64,000 bases of DNA, taken from contig NIVC01001672.1 in the NCBI GenBank assembly GCA_002269645.1, forward strand, positions 53,162-117,161, written 5' to 3'. Below the pieces are notes generated by a model. That model worked only from the letters and a program-made list of their open reading frames with translations, ran no database searches and had not been told where the DNA came from. The translations under genes were made by a program, and so were the position numbers. This document shows, in pieces, positions 45,009 to 57,665 of the stretch; position 1 is the first letter of the stretch; each line of letters starts with the position of its first letter. This DNA is from Macrostomum lignano (Eukaryota).

Positions 45009-45728
45009 CCTGCCTGAGGGAATACTGACCAGCCTGAGGGATTACTGACCTGCCTGAGGGATTACTGACCTGCCTGAGGGAATACTGACCAGCCTGAGGG
45101 ATTACTGACCTGCCTGAGGGATTACTGACCTGCCTGAGGGATTACTGACCTGCCTGAGGGAGTACTGACCTGCCTGAGGGATTACTGACCTGCCTGAGGG
45201 ATTACTGACGTGCCTGTGGGAGTACTGACCTGCCTGAGGGATTACTGACCTGCCTGAGGGATTACTGACGTGCCTGTGGGAGTACTGACCTGCCTGTGGG
45301 AGTACTGACCTGCCTGAGAGATTACTGACCTGCCTGAGGGATTACTGACGTGCCTGTGGGAGTACTGACCTGCCTGAGGGATTACTGACCTGCCTGAGGG
45401 AGTACTGACCTGCCTGAGGGATTACTGACCTGCCTGAGGGATTACTGACCTGCCTGAGGGAGTACTGACCTGCCTGAGGGATTACTGACCTGCCTGAGGG
45501 AGTACTGACCTGCCTGAGGGAGTACTGACCTGCCTGAGGGAGTACTGACCTGCCTGAGGGATTACTGACTTGCCTGAGGGAGTACTGACCTGCCTGAGGG
45601 ATTACTGACCTGCCTGAGGGATTACTGACCTGCCTGAGGGAGTACTGACCTGCCTGAGGGATTACTGACTTGCCTGAGGGAGTACTGACCTGCCTGAGGG
45701 ATTACTGACGTGCCTGATGGAGTACTGA
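44991..45728 (+). repeat. 20 bp minisatellite whose first unit is the last codons of fascin (TGCCTGTGGGAGTACTGACC)
   Basis: About 37 units; unit 1 reads C-L-W-E-Y-stop plus CC. Confidence 0.97.
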
Positions 45729-46117
45729 GAACTGCATGAAGGTTAAATTAAATACCTGAACATTAACCACATTGAATGTAGAATTGAATCATGGATAATT
45801 AAGAATGCTACGGATTACGAGTATTGTTAGCATAAATGTACTTTTAATAAGCAACTTCAAACATATCAAGCCTCCAACAATTAATATACCATACTTTTTG
45901 TTCGTACATAATTGTTGTTTACCGCAATAAATCTTGTGCAATAAAACACTCCCTCACACGCTCACAATGTGTAATATTTCAACTAATTAGTTTCACAGAC
46001 TACACTAAAAAATGCCTATTGAGCTAGCATGTAAGATAGTACGGGCTAACTGTGCGTTGATAATTTTCTGCTTCTTGATAAGAATGAGGCGCACCATATT
46101 TTGATTTGCACCTTCAC

Positions 46118-46770
46118 CAGGGGTCGGCAAACTCTTTTACCCTGAGGGCCGAGATAAAGAATGCAGCTCATGTGGTGCGGGACAGATGAGAAAGGAAAGG
46201 TGAGAGAATAGATGACAGATGAGAGAAGAGGGGAGAGAGAAGAGAGAGGAGAGGGGAGAAGAGGGAGGGAAGAGGAGAAGAGATAGAGCAGAGGGGAGAG
46301 AGAAGAAGGGAGAGAGGAGAGGGGAGAGAGAAGAAGGGAGAGAGGAGAGGGGAGAGAGGAGAGGAGATAGAGGAGATAAAGGAGAGGAGACAGAGGAGGA
46401 GGAGAGAGGAGAGGAGATAGAGGAAAGGGGAGAGAGGAGAGAAGAGAGAGAAGAGGGGAGAGAAAAGAGGGGAGAGAGGAGAGGAGAGAGAGGAGAGGGG
46501 AGAGAGGAGAGAAGAGAGATGAGAGGGGAGAGAGGAGTGAGGGAGAGGAGAGGAGAGGGGAGTGAGGGAGAGGAGAGGAGAGGGGAGTGAGGGAGAGAGG
46601 AGAGGAGAGAGAGGAGAGAGGGAGGAGAGAGAGAGGAGAGGAGAGAGGAGAGGAGAGAGGGAGGAGAGAGAGAGAGAGAGAGAGAGGAGAGAAGAGACGC
46701 AGCCCTGAGCGGACGGCATGGCTATTGTGAAGTTTCAAAGGACCCGAGGGCGGGAGTTCGCTCACCCCTG
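46118..46770. mobile_element. hAT-type MITE containing a GA-rich microsatellite (46218-46697)
   Basis: Termini CAGGGGTCGGCAAACT / AGTTCGCTCACCCCTG; 8-bp flanks ACCTTCAC / ACCTAGAC (6 of 8 match). Confidence 0.75.
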
Positions 46771-47447
46771 ACCTAGACAGATCTCATTCGTATTATCCTT
46801 AGCGGAAATTAATATACATGTATATAGCTCAGTTAGAATACCCCAGCTCCAACTATTATAATAAATAAAGCATTCGCTCACTATATGAAGGCTTGATGTG
46901 CCATTCAAGCCGGCAAATTAATTGGACGAATAAATTGAGATTGAGTACTGTCTCAATTTACACATATTGTCTGGCCTCGCAATATTAGAGAAAGGGAAGA
47001 TGTGCAGCCTGATAATTAATTGGTCAAGCTCTATATCAACAAACAATGGGCAGTATTTATTAATTATAATCATAAACAAATACGTAGTTTTCCAACAACA
47101 GTCGAGTTTAAAGCGGTAGAAAAAATCACAAAGTTGAATGCGTGCAAATTTTTAACAGCAAAGAATAGCAAAGAAAATTTGAAATTTGAAACTGGGCCAA
47201 GGGCGTTTAGCAGAGTGCCATGGACAGCGCAGTCAATGAACTGAATATATAATCATATATATAAATTATTTTTAAGTACAGCTCTTCAGATGAAACCTGC
47301 TGACAATCGGGACAAACAAGCGACAAAAAAGCAGAAAACAGGGCAAAGAGGAGGGGGGTTATGCTTCTGAATCTGATTTATTTAGCAGAAATTAAAGTCT
47401 ACAATCTGCAATCGGTATATATACCCACACTCTGCAGTTAGATACCT

Positions 47448-47685
47448 ATAGATACCTATGGTAGATACCTATAAAGGTACCCACAATCTGAAAACTGGGG
47501 TACATACCTATAAAGGTACCCACAATCTGAAATCTGGGGTACATACCTATAAAGGTAGCCACAATCTGCAATCTGGGGTACATACCTATAAAGGTACCCA
47601 CAATCTGAAATCTGGGGTACATACCTATAAAGGTACCCACAATCTGCAATCTGGGGTACATACCTATAAGGTAGCCACAATCTAA
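47448..47685. repeat. 39 bp minisatellite (ATACCTATAAAGGTACCCACAATCTGAAATCTGGGGTAC)
   Basis: About 6 copies. Confidence 0.95.
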
Positions 47686-48384
47686 AATCTTGGGTGGAGT
47701 CGTGTGCGGGTTATAAAAACTGATGACACACGGAGACAAATAGAATTGCGAAACTGTGCGACCTGAACAAAAAATGAAAAAAAAATTCGTTATTTGATTA
47801 GGCACAAAATTGTTAATAGGTTGTTTGTCTCAAATTCATCTCTGTGCTTGTGTTGCGGAATTGCCGAGAGACTTAAAAAGTGGCCGCATACAAAAATTCA
47901 GTGCACACTAAAAAGACAATAAAAACTGTCAATACTTTAACACAAAAGCCATGCTAATAAGCGGGAGACACCTGGATTCTTCGATCAGTGCACTAAATAA
48001 TCCCGAAATTCTAACTACCGATATGCATCGAACTTATAGAATTTTATTAAAATACAGGTGTCTCTTTGGGTAGACAGTGGACTAGTTCGCTACATTATTA
48101 GCCTACTTAATGTGTTATATATGACCGAGACAAAATATATCATCTTTTTACGAGCATAAAATATAGTTAGAGATCGAAATAGAAACACAAAATAGAGAAA
48201 TAAAAACTCCGAAATTCTGCTTGCGTATGTACAAAATTTCAAGGTAGAACGAATGGGTAAACAAATCAGACTGGATAGAAAAAACAACTTATATTCGAAC
48301 TTGCGCACTCACACGCAAACTGCACTACTTACAGAGTAGGGAAAAAGAAAAAGTAGCGATAATTTCTCACTATAGTTGAATATA

Positions 48385-48505
48385 TATTATTATTATTATT
48401 AAACAGACGCTGGCTCATGGGTCAGCAAAGCACCCGTTGGTGGAAAACAGCTGAGTCCAGCCTAGCTGCAGACTAAGGGGTAAGGCCCAGAGCCTGCAAG
48501 TCAGT
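48385..48505 (-). mobile_element. Possible 3' tip of a retroposon with a (TAA)n tail
   Basis: GC-richer ~110 bp island in AT-rich DNA ending, on the minus strand, in TAATAATAATAATA. Confidence 0.35.
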
Positions 48506-48811
48506 GAATATATATGTGCCTACTATAAGTAGTTCAAAAGTTTCCTTTTTAAGTGGACATATTTTTTAGCATTGAAAATATGAATTATTTGTTGGTCAGT
48601 AAGGGAATATTAAAATCAATTAAAATCAACTATATTTATATAATTTATAGGCCTCCTTTCTATAGACACAGATTAATCGATCAACTGTTCTAAATCATCA
48701 AGAATATACACTAAACGACTGCTTTTTTGAAACGTAATTAATGGGATTGTTAAAGCAGAAATCATGCACACCAAAAAGATATAAAAATATCTGTTGCATT
48801 AATTACATGTA

Positions 48812-49612
48812 CATCTCACCCCTAAACCTGTCCATCTCACCCCTAAACCTGTCCATCTCACCCCTAAACCTGTCCATCTCACCCCTAAACCTGTCCATCT
48901 CACCCCTAAACCTGTCCATCTCATTTCTAAACCTGTCTACTCACTGCTAAACCTGTCCATCTCACTCCTAAACCTGTCTATCTCACTCCTAAACCTGTCT
49001 ATCTCACCCCTAAACCTGCCCATCTCACTGCTAAACCTGTCCATCTCACTTCTAAACCTGTCCATCTCATCCCTAAACCTATCTATCTCACTCCTAAACC
49101 TGTCTACTCACTGCTAAACCTGTCCATCTCATTTCTAAACCTGTCCATCTCACTCCTAAACCTGTCTATCTCACCCCTAAACCTGTCCATCTCACTGCTA
49201 AACCTGTCCATCTCACCCCTAAACCTGTCCATCTCACTGCTAAACCTGTCCATCTCACCCCTAAACCTGTCCATCTCATTTCTAAACCTGTCTACTCACT
49301 GCTAAACCTGTCCATCTCACTCCTAAACCTGTCCATCTCACTCCTAAACCTGTCCATCTCATTTCTAAACCTGTCCATCTCACCCCTAAACCTGTCTACT
49401 CACTGCTAAACATGTCCATCTCATTTCTAAACCTGTCAATCTCATTTCTAAACCTGTCCATCTCACTCCTAAACCTGTCCATCTCACTCCTAAACCTGTC
49501 CATCTCACTCCTAAACCTGTCCATCTCATTTCTAAACCTGTCTACTCACTGCTAAACCTGTCCATCTCACTTCTAGACCTGTCTATTTCACTCCTAAACC
49601 TGTCCCTAAACC
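48812..49612. repeat. 21 bp minisatellite (ATCTCACCCCTAAACCTGTCC) just downstream of the LRSAM1 stop
   Basis: About 38 units. Confidence 0.97.
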
Positions 49613-49742
49613 ATCCTTAATATCAGAGTATTTTAACCCTGTCTGTAACTGGCTAACAAGAAAAAGTGGAGCACAGAAAATCAGGTATAAAAAATAAAAA
49701 ATTTCTGCACAGAAAAGCACAGTGGAGTCGGGTCAGACAATT

Positions 49743-52700
49743 TTACTCTGCCTCCGCCATGAGAGCGGACACAAAAATGCGCCTGAGGATGGGCTGGCGG
49801 CACAGCGGGCAGAGGCTCAGGCCAGTCGAGCAGGCCTCGCAGCAGCAGACGTGGCCGCAATTCAAGAACAGCGTGTCCGGCGTAGCGTCCATGCAGACGC
49901 AGCAGCCGGTTGATTCGGCTGTCCGGGCTCGAACCACGGACGCCGGCTGAGGCTCGCTAGCCGGGGCCACTAGCGCCATAGGCGGCGCGCTCGGCTCCAG
50001 CTTCTCTCTACACGCGGCGGCTTCTTCATCAAATTTATCCGGCGGATGGCCAGACTCCTTGTTGTCGTTCTCAGCCTCGCTGTCGTCAAGATCGTCGCCT
50101 AGAGCGGCCAGCTCGGCGATGATGGCTCGCCGGACGCCCAGCTCCCGGATGCCGATGGTGTCGCGCAGGTCGGCGTCGTCGGCGCACAGTCGTAGCCGCT
50201 TTAAGTTGAGCACGCGGTGGCGCAGGAATTGCGGCTCGTAGGACTGCAACGAGAATGGGATTTGTTTTCACAGTTGCTATGCGATTCTTATTCGCCTGAG
50301 ACTGAGGATTCGAGCTTGTGAGCGCCATAGAGATTTGTAGGATGGTTGCGGACAAACTGACGTCACGCTTTTGGCGACATCACCGCACAAACCGCAGCTG
50401 AGATTAAAGATCTGAGCAAGCAGTTTGAGGATCGGTGCTTTGGGATTAGGGATCTGAGCTAGGATTTTGAGCATCTGAGCTGGGATTTTGAGCATCTGAG
50501 CTAGGATTTTGAGGATCTGAGCTGGGATACTGAGCAACTGAGCTAGGATTTTGAGGATCTGAGCTGGGGTATTGAGGATCTGAGCTGGGGTATTGAGGAT
50601 CTGAGCCGGGTATTGAGGATCTGAGCTGGGATTAGGGATCTCAGCTAGGATTTTGAGGATCTGAACTGGGATTTTGAGCATCTGAGCTAGGATTTTGAGG
50701 ATCTGAGCTGGGGTATTGAGGATCTGAGCTGGGATTAGGGATCTCAGCTAGGATTTTGAGCATCTGAACTGGGATTTTGAGGATCTGAGCTGGGATTTTG
50801 AGGATCTGAGCTGGGAGATTGAGGATCTGAGCTGGGATATTGAGGATCTGAGCTGGGAGATTGAGGATCTGAGCTGGGATATTGAGGATCTGAGCTGGGA
50901 TATTGAGGATCTGAGCTGGGATATTGAGGATCTGAGCTGGGTTATTGAGGATCTGAGCTTGAGTACGCCATAGATTGACAGGATTTCAGACTGTGAACTG
51001 AGTTCTGCACGAGCAAAAATCTTAGCAAAGCACAGCCTGACTGCAAGCTGCTAACCTGCGCCCCGGCCTTAGCCAACAGTTTGGTCAGTCTGACGCTCAG
51101 CCCGGGCTCCAGCTGTCCAGGCCGGCGCTCCATCAGCCGCTGATACTGCACCAGCCAATAGTCGATCTGGTCAGCTTTGCGCTGCTCTTCCAGCTCCGCC
51201 AGCCGTTTGGTGAGCTCGTTGGCTCGCTTGGTCCGCTCGTCCATGAGCTGCTGCAGCAGGCGGATCAGGGCGTCGCGCTTGGCGGCCAGTGCGGTCAGGC
51301 TGGCGTCAGAACGGTCGCGACGGCGCTGCATCTCGGCTCGGGTGATGGCGCACAGCTCGCGCTCGATCAGCGACACCTGCGGATGAGATGTTGAGATTTA
51401 GTAGGATAATGGCCAATTCTAAGCAAAGCATCAAAAAAGTGCAGAATCGAACCTCCTGACAGAGTCGCTGACTCTTGTAGTCGCGCTGAATCAGCAGCTG
51501 GGCGAACGCCTCCCGCTGCCTGCTCTGCTCCTCGGCTATGCTGCTGACCAGGCCCCGCCTTTGGCTGGCGTGGGTGTCCAGGGCCCGCTCGACCTCTTCG
51601 GTGCGCTCGCCAGCCTTGGCCGCGGCGGTGACAGCGTCGGCCCGGTCAGCTTCCACTCGGCGTCGGCGAGACTCCAACGAGTCGGACTCGGCCAGCAGTT
51701 TGTCCATAGAGGCCAGGATCTCCGACCGGTGCTGGGCAGTCAGCTCCGTCAGGGACTCCTCCTGGTCCTGCTGCTCCAGCTGTTCAAGGATGGCCTCCCT
51801 ACCGCTGGCGCGGACGTTCCAATCCAGTAGGTGGCGGATCAGCCGATCGGCGCTGGACTCGGCCGCGCTGACGTCTTCAACTAGGCGTTGCCGATCTCGC
51901 TGGCGGGCGGCCTGGACGGCGGCCAAGTCCAGAGCCTGACCGTCGGCAGCGTCGGCGTCCAGCCTGTCAACGGCTGCCCGACGCTGCTCCTGGGATCGAG
52001 TAGCCAGAGCCAACTGGGCGCTGGAGTCCTCTTGAATCTGGCGCTCCAGCTCTTGGCGCTGCTGACGGCGCTGGGCGAGGACGCGCTCCTGCACCTGGAC
52101 GCTGTCCTGTTTTGGGAAGCCAGTGGGGGAAGATCTGACATCAAGCAGCTATGATGTAACCAATGACATCAGGCAGTTCTGGTGTATGCCCGATGACATC
52201 AAGCAGCTATGATGTAACCAATGACATCAGGCAGTTCTGGTGTATGCCCGATGACATCAAGCAGTTCTGATGTAACCAATGACATCAGGCAGTTCTGATA
52301 TGCCCAAGGACATCAGGCAGTTTTGATATGCCCAATGACATCAGGCAGTTCTGATTTGTGCCCAAGGACATCAGGCAGTTCTGATTTGTGCCCAAGGACA
52401 TCAGGCAGTTCTGATTTGTGCCCAAGGACATCAGGCAGTTCTGATTTGTGCCCAAGGACATCAGGCAGTTCTGATTTGTGCCCAAGGACATCAGGCAGTT
52501 CTGATTTGTGCCCAAGGACATCAGGCAGTTCTGATTTGTGCCCAATGACATCAGGCAGTTCTGGTGTATGCCCGATGAGATCAGGCAGTTCTGATGTATG
52601 CCCGATGACATCAGGCAGTTCTGGTGTATGCCCGATGACAACAGGCAGTTCTGATTTGTGCCCAAGGACATCAGGCAGTTCTGATTTGTGCCCAATGACA

Positions 52701-55700
52701 TCAGGCAGTTCTGATTTGTGCCCAATGACATCAGGCAGTTCTGATTTGTTCCCAATGACATCAGGCAGTTCTGATTTGTGCCCAATGACATCAGGCAGTT
52801 CTGGTGTATGCCCGATGACATCAGACAGTTCTGGTGTATACCCGATGACATCAGGCAGTTCTGATGTATGCCCGATGACATCAGGCAGTTCTGGTGTATG
52901 CCCGATGACATCAGGCAGTTCTGATGTATGCCCGATGACATCAGGCAGTTCTGATGTATGCCCGATGACATCAGGCAGTTCTGGTGTATGCCCGATGACA
53001 TCAGGCAGTTCTGGTGTATGCCCGATGACATCAGGCAGTTCTGGTGTATGCCCGATGACATCAGGCAGTTCTGGTGTATGCCCGATGACATCAGGCAGTT
53101 CTGGTGTATGCCCGATGACATCAGGCAGTTCTGGTGTATGCCCGATGACATCAGGCAGTTCTACGTGACCCTTGCATTCTAATGAGTTATACAAAACAAT
53201 AACTACGAGCTACTTACTGAACGTTCAAAGCAACAGAAACGTGAATGCATGTCTTGCAACAAGTGGATGCAGGATTAAGCGTAACAAAGGTACAATATAT
53301 ATTGTGTAGCGCACTTACGGATTGAATTGAGAATTTGCTAAATCTGATTCAATACCAATATTTGCGAGCAGCTCAAGTAGAGGGAGAGGAGAGAACACAC
53401 GGGGATAGGGAGAATAGAAGTCTCAGTACTCATCACTCGAGTGCCCAAGCATACATCCAGTGGCGTACACACAGGCTAGGCCAGAAGTACTCCCAGAGAG
53501 AGAGAGAGAGGGCCATCCCCCTTATCGATTCAGAGGGCTGCAGGAGCATAGAGAATTTCTGGGGCACAGAGAAACGAGACGAATGCTGGCCCAGGGAGCT
53601 TTGGACCAATCCAACAAAATGTACAACGCCTAGTGAGTGCGCGGCGAGGCAGTCACCGCCAAGTCAAGATACTAACCTCGTAACAGAGATCAAAAAGGAG
53701 CCACTAACTTTTAACTGCTGACTTCTGACTGACTGACCGACTGGTTGAAAGTACTAATGTTTCTTTCTTCTTTTTTTCTGAAACTCCTTAATGACTGTAT
53801 AAGTCTCTCCAAGATTTTGGGCACTCTTAAACGCGAAAATGTCACTCCATAGATCTAGAATATCACTCTTCATGGACAGTGTCTCTATCGAGATTTCAGG
53901 CACTCCTAAGTCGAAAATGTCACTCCATAGATCTAGAATGTCGCTCTTCAAAAATTCAAAAACAGCGTGACTCTATCGAGATTTCGGGCACTCCTAAGTT
54001 GAAAATGTCACTCCATAGATCTAGAATGTCACTCTTTATGGACAGTGTGTCTCTATCTGGATGTGAGGCACTCCTAAATTTGAAAATGTCACTCTTTAAA
54101 GTCAGCGTGACTCTATCGAGATTTCGGGCACTCCTAAGTCGAAAATGTCACTCCATAGATCTAGAATGTCGCTCTTCAAAAACAGCGTGACTCTATCGAG
54201 ATTTCGGGCACTCCTAAGTCGAAAATGTCACTCCATAGATCTAGAATGTCGCTCTTCAAAAACAGCGTGACTCTATCGAGATTTCGGGCACTCCTAAGTC
54301 GAAAATGTCACTCCATAGATCTAGAATGTCGCTCTTCAAAAACAGCGTGACTCTATCGAGATTTCGGGCACTCCAAAAGTCGAAAATGTCACTCCATAGA
54401 TCTAGAATGTCGCTCTTCAAAAACAGCGTGACTCTATCCAGATTTCGGGCACTCCTAAGTCGAAAATGTCACTCCATAGATCTAGAATGTCGCTCTTCAA
54501 AAACAGCGTGACTCTATCGAGATTTCGGGCACTCCTAAGTCGAAAATGTCACTCCATAGATCTAGAATGTCGCTCTTCAAAAACAGCGTGACTCTATCGA
54601 GATTTCGGGCACTCCTAAGTCGAAAATGTCACTCCATAGATCTAGAATGTCGCTCTTCAAAAAAACAGCGTGACTCTATCCAGATTTCGGGCACTCCTAA
54701 ATCGAAAATGTCACTCCATAGATCTAGAATGTCGCTCTTCAAAAACAGCGTGACTCTATCCAGATTTCGGGCACTCCTAAGTCGAAAATGTCACTCCATA
54801 GATCTAGAATGTCGCTCTTCAAAAACAGCGTGACTCTATCGAGATTTCGGGCACTCCTAAGTCGAAAATGTCACTCCATAGATCTAGAATGTCGCTCTTC
54901 AAAAAAACAGCGTGACTCTATCCAGATTTCGGGCACTCCTAAGTCGAAAATGTCACTCCATAGATCTAGAATGTCGCTCTTCAAAAAAACAGCGTGACTC
55001 TATCGAGATTTCGGGCACTCCTAAGTCGAAAATGTCACTCCATAGATCTAGAATGTCGCTCTTCAAAAACAGCGTGACTCTATCGAGATTTCGGGCACTC
55101 CAAAAGTCAAAAATGTCACTCTTCAAGAATGGTATCGAGAGAGAAAATGGCACTCCACAGACTTCAAAACAGTACAGTTCAATTTAGTTCAATCCCCACC
55201 TCGTAGTCGTTAGCCAGCTCCTTCAGCAGCGGGCCACTGTTGCCACCACCGCCCATGCCTGGGCCACCGCCGCTGCTTTCAACCTCGGGCGAAGGCAGAA
55301 TGTGCAGAGCAAACCTACTAGGCGGTTCGTACTGAACACCTGCCTCTGAAATGTAAGCGATGGTGCGAAAAACTTATTAGGAAAACTTATACTTGCAGTT
55401 TCGAATTTGTCGCAATAGAAACAAAAAAACACTTTGCTCACCCTTGCACAGGAAACGCATAATGGCTTCAGTGCCTTGGGCGCAGATTTCTAAAACGTGC
55501 GCGTGATAAATAATATTGTTACATGACGAAAAGTAATATTTCACGATAATTATTAATATTAAATAGTTGTCGAATATCCGACACTGACCCTTGCTAGGAT
55601 AGGTGAATCCCTGCGGAGACAGAGTCAAATTCTCCAGAGTGCGGGCCTGGCAGATGGTGCGCGGCAGCTGGCGCATTGGATTGCCGGCAATGTCCAGTAG

Positions 55701-57665
55701 TTTAAGGCTGGCCAAGCCAAGAAATATCTCGGATGGCAGCGACTTCAACCGGTTGTCTGCGGTCGGTGTATATGGCTAACTAGGTCCATAGGTAGTGGTA
55801 TAAATTTTACAACTGCCTACTTATAGTCTAGCAATGCCAGATATTGGCTTGCTTGCACTTTTAGTTACCGATAATAAAACTGATAAGGCATGTCTAAGCT
55901 TGTACTTTTATCTAATCGACCTGGTACTAGTCTAGTCAAATTCGTACTTTCATCTAATCGATCTTTTACGATTCTTATCTAATCGATCTTTTACGATTCT
56001 TATCTTATCGATCTCTTACGATTCTTATCTAATCGATCTTTTACGATTCTTATCTAATCGATATTTTGCGATTCTCATCTAATCGATCTTTTGCGATTCT
56101 TATCTAATCGATCTTTTGCGATTCTTATCTAATCGATCTTTTGCGATTCTTATCTAATCGATCTTTTGCGATTCTTATCTGATCAATCTTTTACGATTCT
56201 CATCTAATCGATCTTTTGCGATTCTTATCTAATCGATATTTTGCAATTCTTCTCTAATCGATATTTTGCGATTCTCATCTAATCGATCTTTTACGATTCT
56301 CATCTAATCGATCTTTTACGATTCTTATCTAATCGATCTCTTACGATTCTTATCTAATCGATCTTTTGCGATTCTTATCTAATCGATATTTTGCGATTCT
56401 CATCTAATCGATCTTTTGCGATTCTTATCTAATCGATCTTTTGCGATTCTTATCTAATCGATCTTTTGCGATTCTTATCAAATCGATATTTTACGATTCT
56501 TATCTAATCGATCTTTTGCGATTCTCATCTAATCGATCTTTTACGATTCTTATCTAATCGATATTTTGCAATTCTTCTCTAATCGATATTTTGCGATTCT
56601 TATCTAATCGATCTGGTACAATTCTCTTCAAAATTTGTACTTTTATCTAATCGGTCAGGAACAATTATCTTCAAATTTGTACTTTTATCTAACCGATCTG
56701 GTCATATTTGTACTTTTAATGAATAAGTCTGCACTCGTCTACTAAAACTTGTACTTGTATCAAATCGATCGCGTAGTCGACTTGCACTGGGCCATAAAGA
56801 ATGAATGATGAAGAGATTAATGAGATTCTCAGAATTGCTGCTCACCTCTCAGGCCGAGAGTCTGCAAATTGCGCATGCTCTGCATAGAGGCCGGTAGCCA
56901 AGTTAATTTATTCCTGTCCAAGCTGAGTACCTGGAGATAAAATGCAAAAAAAATCGTTTTAATTGTCGACTAATCGTTAATTCTGATTTCAACCGTATCT
57001 ATGGACTCAGTAATAAAGTTTATAGACTGTTAGCTGGATTTATCGAATTCAAACAATGTCGAGACAAGTCGCCAAAGAATCGCCTACGAGTCAAATTGAG
57101 GCGTGCTGGAGTCGTATCGAATTAATATGAATTAGTATCACATTTCGCATTTATAAAAACTCTGTTTAGTCTGCTTGAGTTAGCAGAAATTTAATCGCTA
57201 ACACAACGACTCTTAAACGATTTTTTGCGCGACTCTTACGATTCTGCAACTCACGTGATGCGCTCGCGACTTAAAAAGTCACAAGAGTCGTTTCACTCAA
57301 GCGAATCTTAAGAAGGCTAATACTAGATTAGTAAAGCGCATTTAAAACTAACAGACCTGCAGACAGGTGAGACAGCCGATATTGTTAGGCAGGTCGGTGA
57401 GCTCGTTATTGCGCAAATCCAGCACTCGCAGATTCGCTAAGCTGGTGAGTTTAGACTCAGGTCCCAGGCTAGTTAACCAGTTGTCATTGAGCAGCAGGGC
57501 CTCTTTGCGTAGCACCCGGATTTGAGTATAGACTCCAGTGGGCACCTCGGTTAGTTCGCATTCAGACAGGTCGAATGGTGACGACTCGCTCTCCTGGGCT
57601 AGATAGAGTTTACGCTCTAGGCGACGCTTGCCAGCCTCTGTCTGCTTGCGGCCGAACAGTGGCAT
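49743..57665 (-). CDS. LRSAM1: E3 ubiquitin ligase LRSAM1 (LRR, coiled coil, SAM-like, PSAP, RING), ~743 aa. Exons 57665-57357, 56930-56846, 55756-55589, 55489-55442, 55345-55200, 52106-51453, 51376-51056 and 50243-49743
   Basis: MPLF.RK...KRRLERKLYLAQE...DLSECELTEVP N-terminus, LRRs, AIMRFLCKE.G..Y.PPS, YWLVQYQRLM, EPSAPP and RING CCVCMD...FLNCGHVCCCEAC...CPLCR. All eight exons have GT-AG boundaries and join in frame. Confidence 0.95.
50398..50960. repeat. 21 bp minisatellite (GAGGATCTGAGCTGGGGTATT) in the last LRSAM1 intron
   Basis: Tandem copies read directly. Confidence 0.96.
52135..53162. repeat. 30 bp minisatellite (GACATCAGGCAGTTCTGGTGTATGCCCGAT) in LRSAM1 intron 5
   Basis: About 34 units in variant blocks; stop-free in several frames. 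Confidence 0.97.
53815..55135. repeat. 80 bp tandem repeat built from four ~20 bp (C/G)ACTC/CGCTC subunits, LRSAM1 intron 5
   Basis: Period of 80 read at 54105 and 54185; about 16 copies. Confidence 0.96.
55950..56615. repeat. 25 bp minisatellite (TATCTAATCGATCTTTTGCGATTCT) in LRSAM1 intron 2
   Basis: About 26 copies with degenerate flanking copies. Confidence 0.97.
57060..57295 (+). repeat. Second copy of the GAGTC/GACTC element body (LRSAM1 intron 1)
   Basis: Shares TTGAGG.GTGCT.GAGTCG, AGCA.AA.TTTAA.CGC..ACACAACGA.TCTT, CGATTCTGCAA.TCACGTGA.GCGC and AAAAAGTCACAAGAG with 31850-32105. Confidence 0.8.

Noticed and set aside
46046-46765. Leu/Ser/Pro-rich and Arg/Glu/Gly-rich ORFs
   Set aside because: Translations of the GA microsatellite within a MITE.
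47715-47765. Second hammerhead candidate (CTGATGA...CGAAAC)
   Set aside because: Stems II and III and the cleavage triplet cannot be formed.
48812-49612. Telomere-like CCCTAAA repeats
   Set aside because: The heptamer is only part of a 21-bp unit and is not tandem on its own.
52285-53194. ELPDVIGHTP decapeptide ORF as an extra LRSAM1 exon
   Set aside because: LRSAM1 joins in frame from 55200 to 52106 with an expected length; the array is open in several frames simply because the unit is 30 bp, and no convincing splice sites flank it.
53290-53745. Non-repeat island ending in (CTGA)n, possibly a retroelement 3' end
   Set aside because: No recognisable motif or TSD.
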